Positions 29,335-42,214 of a stretch of 64,000 nt of DNA are shown here, one piece after another (within the stretch, counting starts at the first letter, position 1; each line of letters starts with the position of its first letter). Under the pieces are notes generated by a model. The model searched no databases. It saw nothing but the letters and a program-made list of their open reading frames with translations, and had not been told where the DNA came from. Source of the stretch: Tubulanus polymorphus (Eukaryota; Animalia; Nemertea); assembly GCF_964204645.1 (NCBI RefSeq), contig NC_134029.1:1488001-1552000 (forward strand). The letters are read 5' to 3'. Made by a program: the position numbers and the translations under genes.

Positions 29335-30435
29335 AGTACGAATACGAATACGAATACGAATATTTATTACACTCCAACCATTTCCATGGTATATGGAGGA
29401 AAAAAAACAGTATTTACAATTATTTACAAAAACAGTAGATAAAAGCACTTTGAAACATAACAAACGTTATATACAACATACTATTTACACACACTACCGG
29501 AGGGATCTATATACATCCAGACCTAATTTGATAAATTTAGCAAGTTTAAAAGTTGGATTTTTTAAAACATCAAGATTCCGAAAGGTATTTGAATTTAGGT
29601 AGCTTTCACGGAATACGGTAAGTAATTTACAGTCAAAAATGAAATGTAGTTCGTCGCCTAAAACGTTACAGGTGGGGCATAATCTATCGGTTCTCGGTGG
29701 ATGGAGATTTGACAATTTATTTACAGGTAGGAGATAAGACCCAATCCTGAACTGGAATAAGCTGGTCACTAAGTCGTCATCAAGCCGATTTATATAGTTT
29801 TCAAATTTGATATCCTTCTTATATTGTCTAAAATTAATGTATAACGGGTTATTATTTAGCCTAAATTCTGTCTCTTGCACATGCTGATCACGGAGTAAAC
29901 GGTGTAATTGTTTTGGAGAAGTCCTAGAGTTTACCATAGATTGTTGTGTCCATATATACGAAAGGCCACAGTCATCAAAAGTCTTCTTAATAAATAACAG
30001 CCAGGGGCTCTTAAACCTATCATTCAGATATAAATTATAAGATATCTTATAGAGAATTGAACTAAGTTTACTTTGTTTGCACTCTATCGTTTTGACCCAA
30101 AAATTAATCATTCTACGCTTTACGCTTATATACATAGGATAACGTCCTAACTCCGCTAATACTTGAAGGTTATGGGAATATTTTGTAACTTTCATGATAA
30201 TTTTACAAAATAAACAGTGGAGGTTTTCTAATAAGTCAAGGTTTTCATATCCCCAGATTTCGCAACCGTACAACGCGATAGGAGCGACGCACATGTCAAA
30301 TAGTTTAAACATTACATCTACTGGAAGTTTCAAACGTCTGCCCTTTTGAATAATAGAAAACATAGCTTTCATAGCTTTATCATAGAGAAATTTTTTTGCT
30401 TTAGCGAAACTACCGTTCCAATTGAATTTGACCAA
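29335..30435 (-). mobile_element. 5'-truncated non-LTR retrotransposon (RT C-terminal region + CCHC finger; RTEX/L2-like, clade uncertain)
   Basis: Open 313-codon frame 30435-29494 with LFDMCVAPIALYGCEIWG, ELGRYPM and CPTCNVLGDELHFIFDC. The short 3' UTR ends in AATAAA followed by a (TATTCG)4 tail at ~29335-29368. Confidence 0.9.
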
Positions 30436-31236
30436 TAACTGCTGCCCCTATATACGTAATAAGCGGTGAAAATGTGAACTAACTCGACTATCATTATATT
30501 CCTACTGTGGCATGTGGGTAATAAGTTAGTTCGCACATTCACCGTCAACTATGTGTATAGAGGCAGCACTGGACGGTTAAAATTTCACATGCATCGATGC
30601 TCATAAGCGCCAGCCGTTGGTCTCCTCGCTGCAAAGCACCAACGTCTGATCATGTTCAGTAAAGAATTGCTATGGTTTGATCCCGCTCTTCCAGCTGAAC
30701 AGTTCCTTACAGTTTTTAGACAAACTCCACCTCCATCCAATGTAACTCACTCCCTCATTCTGTTGCCCTAGATGCCAAATATTGGCCGAATCAAACATTG
30801 TTCTGATGATGTTTCAAACAGTGAAAAATCAGAAAAAAAACTTACACAAGAAAAGAATCAAATACAATGACATAAGACGCAAGTTTATTTCAATAAGTCC
30901 ACGTAAAACTTACAAACTGCAAAAACAATAGTGAACAAAAAGATTTATATTACAGTCACAAGTTAGTGCGATAAATCCTCAGAACTTAATCAAAGTTACA
31001 AGTGTTGAAAATAGAAACTCGACATCAGATGCTCAAGTTAGAAAATAAATTAATTACATTTACATACATTCTGTGTATGACATAGCAAAGGACTGATGGA
31101 ATTTTCATTTTTTTGTCCAGTTCCACAGTGATATCCACGGTTAAGTTTGACACTATACTACTAATTTCCAATGTTTTTTAACCATAGTGTCAAATTTCAA
31201 ACAGGAAAACAGAATTACAAAATCCTTTCAAATCCA

Positions 31237-31365
31237 GGGGCCAGTTGCCCAAAAGTTGGTTAAAGATAACTGGCCGTTAAATACCATAGTAACAATAAAA
31301 TTTCAATTGTCACCATATCAACTATCCACTGGTTAACTATAACCAACTTATGAGCAACTGGCCCC
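31237..31365. mobile_element. MITE with GGGGCCAGTTGC TIRs
   Basis: ggggccagttgc...gcaactggcccc. Related copies at 56837-56950 and, interrupted by a SINE, 44212-44610. Confidence 0.75.
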
Positions 31366-34300
31366 AGACCTATTTCAACAGGAAAAATTTACAAAGCTTT
31401 TTAGCGGTCTCAAGGTAATCGGATTTTTTCTCTTAAGTTAACAAATTAACCGAAGATATGTTGATGGTTGATTGAACTTGTTTCATTAAGTAACGAGGAT
31501 ATAAGACACGATGAAGGCGACGTTCCGTACCATTTCCTAATTCAAATACGATTAAAAATACAGCTTTAATTCAGCGAGTATCAGTCGTATAGTAAACAGG
31601 TCGACACCGGTCAGGAAAGGTCAAACGACGACGACGACGACTTTGAAATCGAAGCAAGTATAAAATTAGAGAATCGAAGAAACCTTTTTCTCCACAGGAT
31701 ACAGTTCCATAGTTCTCGGCTATAGTTCAAAACTTTACTCAAAAGTGATAATTTGACTTGGAGTTAAAAAAGAATCAATGAAACTCCTTTTTCAGATGTA
31801 GATGCGCTGAACCCTAGGTTCCACTGTATTAGCTGTTTTTTGTCTCTTTATACATGTATATATATATAATTTCTATATACGTTCTCTGAACTTTTCCTTA
31901 TACATTTTATACAAGCTCCAATTCAACATCTCAATAATAATAATCAACGCATAACCAACTATTCATATGTAAAACATACATACATTCAAAATGATCGTCA
32001 AAATGAACAAATTTCTAAATATCTCTTTCATTAAATTGTGGTAATAAAACTTCTTTTTTTTTCAGTAATTTAATTTTCTTTTCAAAATTGTTCTTTTCCG
32101 AGTCGTCGTACAACGATAATATTCTCACTATATCATCGCTATTATCGTTAATGAAATAATTAATATTTCGAATATTAATTAAATTAAATAAATTATAATA
32201 AATGTAATTCGTTTGTTAATGTTTCGAGTACAAACTTCGTGTAGATTAAAGGTATATAATACAATCTGTGTTTAGATCTACTTTCAGTTTTTCATTTACA
32301 ACAAACACTATAAGCGTATAAATTAGGCATTACATCGAATATGTACAGAATCGTCGTTAGTTTAAGTTATTGTTATTATCTGATTAGTTAGTAGATATAA
32401 AGTGATGAACGCTGTACATTGTAACATATACGCTGTTTTAACAGGATCCAGTTTCACAGTCATTGGGACCTCGTTACAATGAACATAGGATGTCATTCCT
32501 AACAAGAATATTCAAACAATTTCAATACTGGATATAATGAACCATCGAACAATATCGAATTAGATTTGATGTTCACTGTAACGAGGTTCAACTTGACACG
32601 CGGAAGACAAAACACACATAATAACATATGTATGTTCATAATGTTTATATATAGCATACCCAACACGGGCGAGATGAAAATCCACAAAATTGTGAGTGTG
32701 AACTTCATGAACTATCTATTGACGAAATTGTCTTTGAAATCATTCGAAATGTTAATAGATTTTCAAATCTCAAGCCCCGAAAGTTTATTCTAAGAATTAC
32801 AACTGGCAACTGTGAACGTGGATCACACTGGCAACTGTGAAACTGGATCCCGTGTAAGTTTTATCTAAAGAGCTGTATCGAAATGGTAAATAAATTCCAT
32901 GTAAAACAGATATAAACACAAATACTATTGATATGAATGATGATGACTGGAATAAGATTTGTTTTAAATTATGACGATGAGTGAATATAGTAGAGCTATA
33001 TCAAACAGAGTCGAGAGGTGTGTCATATTGTACCAGTTCACACAACTGTTACTAATGGCCAATATATATGGTAGCATTGACAAAATGCCGGATTAGCTTT
33101 TGACCTTGGTTCTAACAAACAAAATACCTATAGAGGCAAGAAGCCTAGTGAACTTAAACTATTTTTCCTGTTTTCACCGAGGTATTGTTGCACAGTCGTG
33201 GCTTCGAGCCAAGAAAATCGCTTTAATTCTAAATCCAATTCTTGCTTAGTGTTAGTTACAAGTTAAATCAACTAAGAATGCTGGTCCCAATTGCACACAG
33301 CATAGTAATTTGGCCGAGGCCGAAAAACAAGCTCATAATACTGATCTTACGCAGTTAGATTGGCTGTAGAATTTGTCTAAATTTAGGCAAGACCGAAATG
33401 TAAGCTTTGACTGTGCAACTAGATCCAGGTACCGTATATCACATCACAACCGGTTTTTCAATAAGCAACTTAACTTAAACTACAAATAAATCCTTTTAAC
33501 TGGAATATTAACACAAAATGACAACTTCAAAGCTGTTTGTGATGAATTTGTTCAAATATTTTTCTGACTATGAAACCGTAGACAAAACACTACTACGACA
33601 TTGATAGCACATTTAGCATGTTTCAGTAAAAGCAGAGCACATTTAATGTATAAAACATCAAAATCTATACCGATGTTTAACCAACACATACAGAAACAAC
33701 TCCTCAACTCACAACCAGCCAAATATCTCCATGAAACTTGAGATTTTTCAAATTAGCAAATTCTATTTCAGTGTCAGATCCAGACCATATTGGGTATCAT
33801 TGCGACATCGATTTACTAGAGCCCTTCGAAAATACAGAGGTATAAAACTGAACACGTTTTCAACTCAGTCAACAAGTCACCAAAGCACTTGACTTAGAAT
33901 TTTCTGAGGCAGGACTCCACACTCTAGTGTTTATATTTTGGGTCTCTGGTATTTGCTGTCAGGTACAAAAATGGAAAACTCTTGCCCGTTATTGGGTGAA
34001 AATACTGTCACTACTAACCCAGCCTGGATCTGGCCCTGCCTAATTACATCAAGATAGAGTTGAGCAGAGTCAACTGAATACTATTCAAAGATACAGTAGT
34101 CGAATGTGGTTGATCTGAGATGTATAAAATAACATCTGAATATAGAATAGGTTACACCTATAATTGCAGGTAGGTTATACCTACATCGAATATTCACTTA
34201 CAAAAACACAATTATTAAATTTTATAAACGTTAAGATTAATAGCTTCTTTTTACATCAACTTATCGTCAGTTCGAGTCACAAATGACCACATTTTTTTGT

Positions 34301-35446
34301 ACAATCGGTTCAATAGACCTTGCATTGATAACTGCTTAGTATGAAATCCGGGTATTTTTCGATTATCGATATTTTTTTAACCGTGTTAAAAATCGCTATA
34401 TGTGAAAAAATTTCTCAAAGTACAAACGCGACAATAATAATAATCGTAATAATCATGTTATTCATTTTACTGTTAATTTACACATCAATAACCAGGAACA
34501 ACAACTTTATGAAGTTTTAATTCTCATTTCTTTGAAAATAACAGCTGTTTTCAGACATATCTATGTCAAACAACATCAAGAAATCATTAGTTTTCAGCCA
34601 AAACAAAATATACATCATAATTTCAGCAACTTTATTCCTTACCGAGACAAATTCAACTTCCGCCTCTCGGAAACCGAAATCCTTTACTCAAAATGCCCAA
34701 CAAATAAAGATATGATCCTGCAACAAAACTTAAAATTTGCTACTTAATACTACGTAAAAATCTACAGACTAAAGAATTTTTCAGTTATGACGGCTTGTTC
34801 AAGCATTTAAATAGCAAGTTGGCGGCAACATCCCCCTCCAAGAAAAACAGAATTTTGTCGTACAACCTCAATTAGCGAACTTTAGTAAACATTTTGACCA
34901 AAATACTAACTAAAATTTGTTCAAGCAATGATAAAGCAGGATCTAGTGCCACAGTTCACAGAGAATTATCCAGAGAATTAAAAGTTATACCGAGAACTGG
35001 ATCCAGGTATCTCCGTACCTGACGTTGTTTACAAAATTGTTCACAAAAATACAAACAACGTCCCTTAACTTCTTATAGAAGCATTTTGATCAAAATACAA
35101 ACAAGAACTCAATCAATAAAGTAGGTCCCAGTTCCACAGTTGTGGGTGAACTCTTCCGTCGAAATCAGTTCATTTTCATAGCGGAACTGGGTCCGGTTAT
35201 CTTCATATCTAAATCCACAATTATTCACACAAAAAATACCCAGAAAAACCCCTGGAATCTCGGTTAAAGAACCTTCTCCTCATATAGAAAGAATTTTGAT
35301 CAAAAACACAAACGATTTTTTTATCATATTTCGAAACGATGCGACAAAAGTAACATCTGACTAGTTCAGAATCCTGCCTCCCTCCTCTGTCATCTCTCTC
35401 TTGATGAATTCGAGCAGTTTTTAATGAAATGGATAAACATTGAAGT

Positions 35447-36281
35447 TTACGATGAGGCGGTATTATGAATAATAACGGTATTCGGTCGATGATGATGAAT
35501 AAACTGCTCGTGACTGATCGTAGGACGGTGTAACAGACGCAACGCCACCGGATATCTCTCCGAATTCGTTAAAACTGTCTGAACGGTTTTCGGCCGAAAA
35601 AACATCGGCGAATCGCGTCCGGAACTTTCCTCGGATTGATCCTCGTCGGGGTCGCTACTCGCAGTGTTTGTATCCTCGCTGTCGTCTACCGCTCGATTGT
35701 TGGTCGTCGTCGTCGACGGTTTTTCGAGCGCGCTCTCGCCCTCGAGATGTCGAATCGCTTCGACGATTGTTTCCAGGTTTCGTCGCGACATCGAAGTTTC
35801 CATCGCGTGATCAGTAACAACGTGATTTGGAATGATGACTGGATTGACTTCAGTTTTGATGACTTCTACTCCCACAGCAGCTGCTGCTGCTTCGGCTGCT
35901 GCTGTTGGCTGCGGAACCGGCTCTATTTCTAAGTGTTGACCATTTTCGGGCTAAAAACCAAATAAAATACACTTGTCATTTATGCCGCGTAAGACCCTCT
36001 TCAGTGGCGCCGGTGCCTTCCCAATTTAAACATATATTTCTCAGCTAACTTAAATGATAATCAGTAACAATTGGTGACTTCCCCTAAGTGTACATACAGC
36101 TATTAAATTGCATGGCGAGAGAAATCAGTAAAATTCAGATTTTGTGCATGGGTACTTTATGAAAAGAGTGCGGAGGTGTTCGTTTTGTATGTGAGGGGAG
36201 ACGGACTACGGTACATACCATTGCTATTTGCTGTTCTCTCTTTATATTTAAAGTTGTCATGATATTTTCTCTAAGATGTTG

Positions 36282-36341
<60 letters not shown>

Positions 36342-38211
36342 TTGCTGTTGCTGGGTTTCCATCGCGTGAACTCGTTCCTCGAATATCGTACGTATTCGGC
36401 GCTCGCGTTCGAACTGACACCGAGATTCCGCCAGTTCCCATCTCAACTGTTCGATCGTCTGGTCCTCGTAATTCATACTGATTCCTTCATCCGACGATTC
36501 TGAAAACGACACTGAAAAATTAACGAACATTTTCTTAGAAATTTCTCAGAACTACATAATCACATGTGGATCGCAATGTTATAAATGACAACATTCTTTC
36601 GGGCGAAATTTACTTAATCTTCACGATTGATAGAACATTATATCCGTGTTGACGCGATGTAGAGAGAATCCCACAATTATAAGGAAAAAGTCCGAAAATG
36701 TAACTTTGAGATCCTTTATCCTAATAGTCATCTTCAGGAATAATGAAGATGACTATAGTCGAAACGTTGAATAAACTACTATCTCAAAGTTACATTTTCA
36801 GACTTTTTCCTTATCATTGTGGGATTCTCTCTACACTTTACTTAATCTTATTTCTAAGGGTTGAATAGATTCGATGTGAAGCGAATAGATACATACCCGT
36901 TTCAGTTTTTTTGCGTTTAGGAGGCGGGGAACTACTCTCGTACGGATGTCCTAATTCAGTTAGTAACTGCCGCAGTTTAGTGTTTTCATTCATTAATTGT
37001 GACCGATCCCTTTCTAGATTGTGAACATAATCAGTTGTTTGTTGTAGAATGGCAGCCTATAAAATACAATTACATCAAATTAACCCTTTCACTCCGAAAA
37101 ACAAACATACTCGCTCAATAACAAGAATCTAGTCTGAACAGTTGATGTTAGGGTCACCCCCTAGATTTGACATCCTCGCTTGCTAGAGTTTAATGGCCTC
37201 CCGCCTAAGACCGTACCAATACCTATACCCTGGTCGCATACCCTTCAATGGTCATACTTTTACAATACCCTGTGTTATCTCAGGGAGAAAATACCAAAAT
37301 TCAAAGAGGTTTTCAATCGTAATATCGACTTATTACAAATTTGCGGTCCATAGGTACTTTACTGATTTTTGCTTTGGGGAGTTTTTAAATGAAGGTGTTT
37401 CAAGGAGTTTTGAGAGAGTAATTTTTCATGAGAGGAGATTCAAGGTCAGTATAGAATGAACCGGCGCGGGTTGTGTGTAGTGGGTAAATGAGGACACGCT
37501 CAAACAAGAAAGTAGTGCGTGTTCGGCGTACAATGATTTAACCATTCACGTAGTGACACATGATACACTTATACACTGCACTAGGATAAAGTAGAGCATT
37601 ATACACGGAACCAGTAGTCAGAGATCCTATTGAATTTATTTACAAACAAAAGCAGACAATGATTTTTATGCTCTACATTTCACCGGGTCCAAAGGTGAAT
37701 ATCGAGCATCTAGGTTAAAATATCAAATCAAAGGTTACCTATCATTTTTTTGAGGTATTTTGAGAGGTTCATTCGACTTTGTATTTTTGTTTCGTGAGCA
37801 GATATTTTCACAAGGAAGTTTTATGATAAGGAGTTCATACACTGTTTAAACTTTCAACCAGTAAAACTCATTTAGTTTTATACTGTTGAAAGACAATTTC
37901 TATTTAGTCTAATGGAGGGGGGGAGAGGGAGAGGGGGGAGAGGGAGAGGGGAGGGGGAGAGGAGTTTGGGCAAAATTCACAATACATCATTTTCAGAAAT
38001 GAACTCGCTGTTCAGTGCACACAGGAATCAGACTTACTTTACTGAGTTTATCACCCTCGTGTTGAGGTAATAAACTCCTCAGAGCCTGGAATCCTGCGTT
38101 GATACTCTGCATACGTCTGCGTTCGTTACTGTTCGCTATCTCACGACGAACACGTTTCTCTTGATCGACGACGACGTGACATTTTGGAGACGATGAAGAC
38201 GTATCGCTGTA

Positions 38212-38242
<31 letters not shown>

Positions 38243-40938
38243 TTAATATTATCATCATCATCATGAGACAGGGTCCATACATATCAGTCATTCCTGTCAG
38301 TCATTCCTGAATATAATGAGTTTTCAAGGAGCAAATTTCACGTTCATAACCAAATTTCAGTAGACTCCCCCAGAATTGGTATTTTCTTTTCTTTAACCAT
38401 TAATTTTCTTTTAAACCATTAATTTGGAGGTTTTGTTTAGCAAACTTTTATCCTATACACTTCCCAAAATTCGGTTTTTAATGCTGTAACTGCCGAACAG
38501 GTAAAAACAAATCCTGATCCAAGCTTAATCGATTGTGCGTAGTTTCAATGCATTGACTAATTAATCTATGATTGTGAACTTTAGATTTTAACCAAAAAAC
38601 ATTTTCAAGGACTGCTAAATTTCAGAGTTCTTGACAAATTTCCAATTTTCCAATGTTTTTAATCACCCCATTTTTTCATCGTGGTCTTGACACTCGCGTC
38701 TATTCACGATACATTGCGAATTTCTGTTTGTTTTCATGAACATTTTGCCCTTATCTACATGTGAAAATTGTTATCAGTTTTAAATGTATTTTAAAGTACA
38801 TTGAATGCAAATTTCAGTTTTTAACCTATTAACATAGGACACTGTTTGGGATTTTGAGGTCCTTTCATAAATTTGTTCCATTGGATCCAGTTCCATATCA
38901 ATCTAACTCTACGTAGGTCTGCATTTTTAAATATGGGCTTAATTGGGTTCGTTCATGTATGGACTATAGTCTACCGGTTCATGATCAAGTCCAACTTCAT
39001 CCTAGAGATACGCTAAAATATTTGGTGAGATCATATTTCGTCACTTGGCTCCATGCAATGCGCGTTTCTATCAGTTGATACATAATATGGCATAAATTAC
39101 AACTACTCGCCAAGATAGACTATTAAACAGCTGACTAGCTGGCACGGTGCCAACTAGGTGTGAGTCAGCCACGCTTGCCAGGAACTACTTTTTCTGCAGG
39201 TAAAGGAGGGCAGGCAGTCAGGCAGGCCAGCTGACATTACTGAAAATCACAACAGCACGTATTCAAGGAGCATTAAATAACTGTACATAAATTAGCTCCC
39301 TTTAAAAAATCCTCAATTCGTAAAGACCCTCATTGCCTGCGCCCGCACTAACATTCCCGTAAAAAATCCCCAACTATTTTCTGAGCATTCATGAATGTAG
39401 CGTTGAAGTGTTTTGCCCCGGTCACGGGACAATGATCAAACATCTATATTTAGATACCGGCGCGGCTGACTAGCCTTGAAAATCGTAGTACTTCCTGATG
39501 ATAACAAAACAAACATCGATTATGATAATAATTTGGCGTCGTTCCAAACAGCTGATGGTGCAGACTAACATCGACTGCAACAGGATCCCCACATCCATAG
39601 CATTTTAGTAACTAACATCATTTGAACTGAGTAATATCGAATTCATATCAAGTTACCACGAAATGTGAACTAAGTAAAAATATTACATTCCTTCAAAATG
39701 TAATGAATGGGACAATTTTCGGTCCAGATCAATTCAACAACCTCCCTCCATGTTTGGTTCCAGCTTGTTACATAAATATGAGTGGGGCTCGTTACATAAA
39801 TATGAGTGGCGTCTTGTCAACGTATTCAATGAAATCGTGGTTGAAGAAAAAAAATAAACAGCCTAAAAGATGTGACTCCGGCATCACCACTTAACCAAAA
39901 ATAGAAAATAAAATGAATGAAGCGCCCGGCTTTTAACAATTCGAAGAGGAGACGTTTACACTAATTAGGCCTATGAACAGCTCCGATAGATTCTCTATAA
40001 GTCACATTGATCAGTCATCGCTAAGTCTGCTCGCTACAAGTATATATCTACATTTCTGTTTCCCAAAACGAAATCAAAATATCTTTTTCGAGCATGCAAA
40101 GAGTTTGTCTCAGTCGAAAAAAAGATTTTTGCCGCCCGGTATGGGACTCGAACCCAGGACCCTCAGGTTAAAAGCCTGATGCTCTACCGACTGAGCTAAC
40201 CGGGCTCATGTGTAATAACGATATGATTCTCCCGAGCCATTCGTACAAAAGCTATTTGATATACCGAAAGAGAAACGCGACCCACGGTAATACTTAGATA
40301 CCACAGGATATCACAGTATGACCTTATTCAACTTTTAATCCACCTATTGTATCATCCCAAGCTCCTAAATCAATTCTAATAGAGTAAAACTATGATGTCC
40401 TCTTCGTTCGAACTACCATGCATTACCGATCTTGGCACGGTGCCAGCAATGCAAGCCAGACCAGACTGCCGATTATTTTAGCTAAATAGCAAATCTATTC
40501 TTTTGTTTCTGTTATTGCAAAAGTAATACTACGATATTAGGTAACATAGAGATTAAGCTTAGTGTATTTCGGGGCCGAATACATTGATAAAACGGGCGAA
40601 ATAACTAGACTACACAAAACAGCTGATCACTACTCCTCAACAAGTAAACAACACATGATTGACACGCCCTAAATAGACTCTTCTAAAAACCACGAATTTA
40701 CCACAAACAACCGATTTATCAGTAAAATAGAAAGCACGCATAAAACCCTTAATTAAAAAGCGACATCAAGGTGAGGAATTAACAAATTAAGCCGGAATTT
40801 TCAATCAATCAGTCACACACACATGGCTGGCGCGTACCTGTCAGCAGTGCCGGTCCGGCGATCAGATTCTTCAGCAATCAGGCGACAAAACTCAGACAGT
40901 CTGTGATGTTTATCCATATTTGCGCTGTCATACGGCAT
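35447..40938 (-). CDS. TFAP4: Transcription factor AP-4 (bHLH-ZIP), 5 coding exons
   Basis: Exons 40938-40838, 38206-38038, 37056-36897, 36499-36219 and 35950-35447, with consistent phases. QEKRVRREIANSNERRRMQSINAGFQALRSLLPQHEGDKLSK/AAILQQTTDYV, the second zipper LRWELAESRCQFERERRIR and SRRNLETIVEAIRHLEG are diagnostic for AP-4. Confidence 0.95.
36283..36353 (-). repeat. CAG/CAA repeat encoding poly-Q in TFAP4
   Basis: (tgc/tgt)n on the + strand, in frame as a run of more than 20 Q in exon 4. Confidence 0.9.
36622..36836. mobile_element. Penelope-like palindromic remnant with degenerate hammerhead
   Basis: Inverted arms ~36659-36712 / 36781-36834. Central cctgaagatgac (minus strand) and tgaagatgactatagtcgaaacgtt. 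A 13-bp direct repeat tttacttaatctt lies at 36609-36621 and 36837-36849, and there is a ~36-bp unpaired tail on one side. Confidence 0.65.
40133..40205 (-). tRNA. tRNA-Lys(UUU), in TFAP4 intron 1
   Basis: GCCCGGTTAGCTCAGTCGGTAGAGCATCAGGCTTTTAACCTGAGGGTCCTGGGTTCGAGTCCCATACCGGGCG forms a 73-nt cloverleaf with A/B boxes and anticodon TTT. A T7 Pol III terminator lies ~10 nt downstream. Confidence 0.92.
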
Positions 40939-42214
40939 ACCAATGCACGGACAAGAATATCCACAATCCGATAATCCTAATTTGAGTAGGTAAATTTGTA
41001 GGTGAAGCCGGTATTTTAGAGGAGTACGCGACGGTACGGTGTAGTATTTGGCGGGAAACAGCTGAGAGGTCAATGGCGCGAATTGTATAAATACGCTCAT
41101 TAATAAATACATTCAATTTTACACTGTCCGTATTGTTATCCTTTTTCACATATTTCCATGAACCAAATACCTTAACGCGATTCTAAATTTCAATCAGTTA
41201 CCATCGGGATATTTTAGATTTAGCGCAACTATATGAAACAGCGAGAACTATATATGTGTCGCTCATGCGCTTTAAGTAGGACGCATGTAATCAGGCGGGT
41301 TAACGCGCGTCTCGTGAGAGACTGCGAGAAAGAGAATTTATAATATTCATTCGATTATTATCGCGTTACGAACGAAATCTAACTTTCTTTATGAGTTCAA
41401 TCACGCAAATAGACAGATAAATGAAACCTGATTTATGAAATGTATTTTAGAATGAAAATGCTTCTCTATTCGTGTAGTGAGTGAGATTTTAGATTTCTAT
41501 GCTATTCAATTCTCCACACTATACTACAATGTCTGGAATGTAGCCACGATCGACGCTCCCACGTCAATCATACTTAGAGTAGATGACGCCCACTTTCATT
41601 CTATAAATTGCGGTTTGTTTATCAACATCCCTGAAAATGCAACAATTTGAAGTGATGATTTGTGTTCGGTTTAAGGATGTTGAATTCGTACCTTGTCTAT
41701 CGCCCATTACGTTCTTCAAAGTAAATTAATTTTACTGGGCTTCTCAATTCAACCCGGTTTCAAAATCTTTTTCCAATAGTCACATGATTATTTTGTTCAT
41801 AATAACATGCACGGAAACTATTTTGTAAACGGTCCTGAAAAAGTTATTAAGCCGTTTTCCCTGGTCCTTTTTGCCTTAGGGATTTAGAACTGTCTCCAGT
41901 CCCGTGACGGCGCGTAAGTTTGTGGCCACGGATTAGGAAAGGGCGATCAGTCCGGTCCATTAGCCCGAATCCTGAACAGCTGACAGAGGTCGTGTCTATA
42001 TTGATATGATTGTTTTTTACGCGATAAATTCTTGTCCTTAGAGTAAACCCAAACTATACTCACATTTACCTGGTAGATATCAGTTAATTCTAGTCATTGT
42101 TTCAGTAAAAGCATTCTGACTTATTACGTAAGTACAAGTAACAACTAAAAAAGGCAAAAGAAAAATAATTAAATTCACCTTTTGCTTACAATGTTGTTTT
42201 TAGTTTAGTGTAAA

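Noticed and set aside
29322-30441. ttattggt / accaataa flanking the LINE as a possible TSD or TIR
   Set aside because: Only 8 bp, inverted rather than direct and AT-rich; likely chance. No clear TSD found.
40928-41149. 73-aa and extended 99-aa ORFs upstream of TFAP4
   Set aside because: Non-ATG starts in the probable 5' UTR; only 40938-40838 splices in phase to the bHLH exon.
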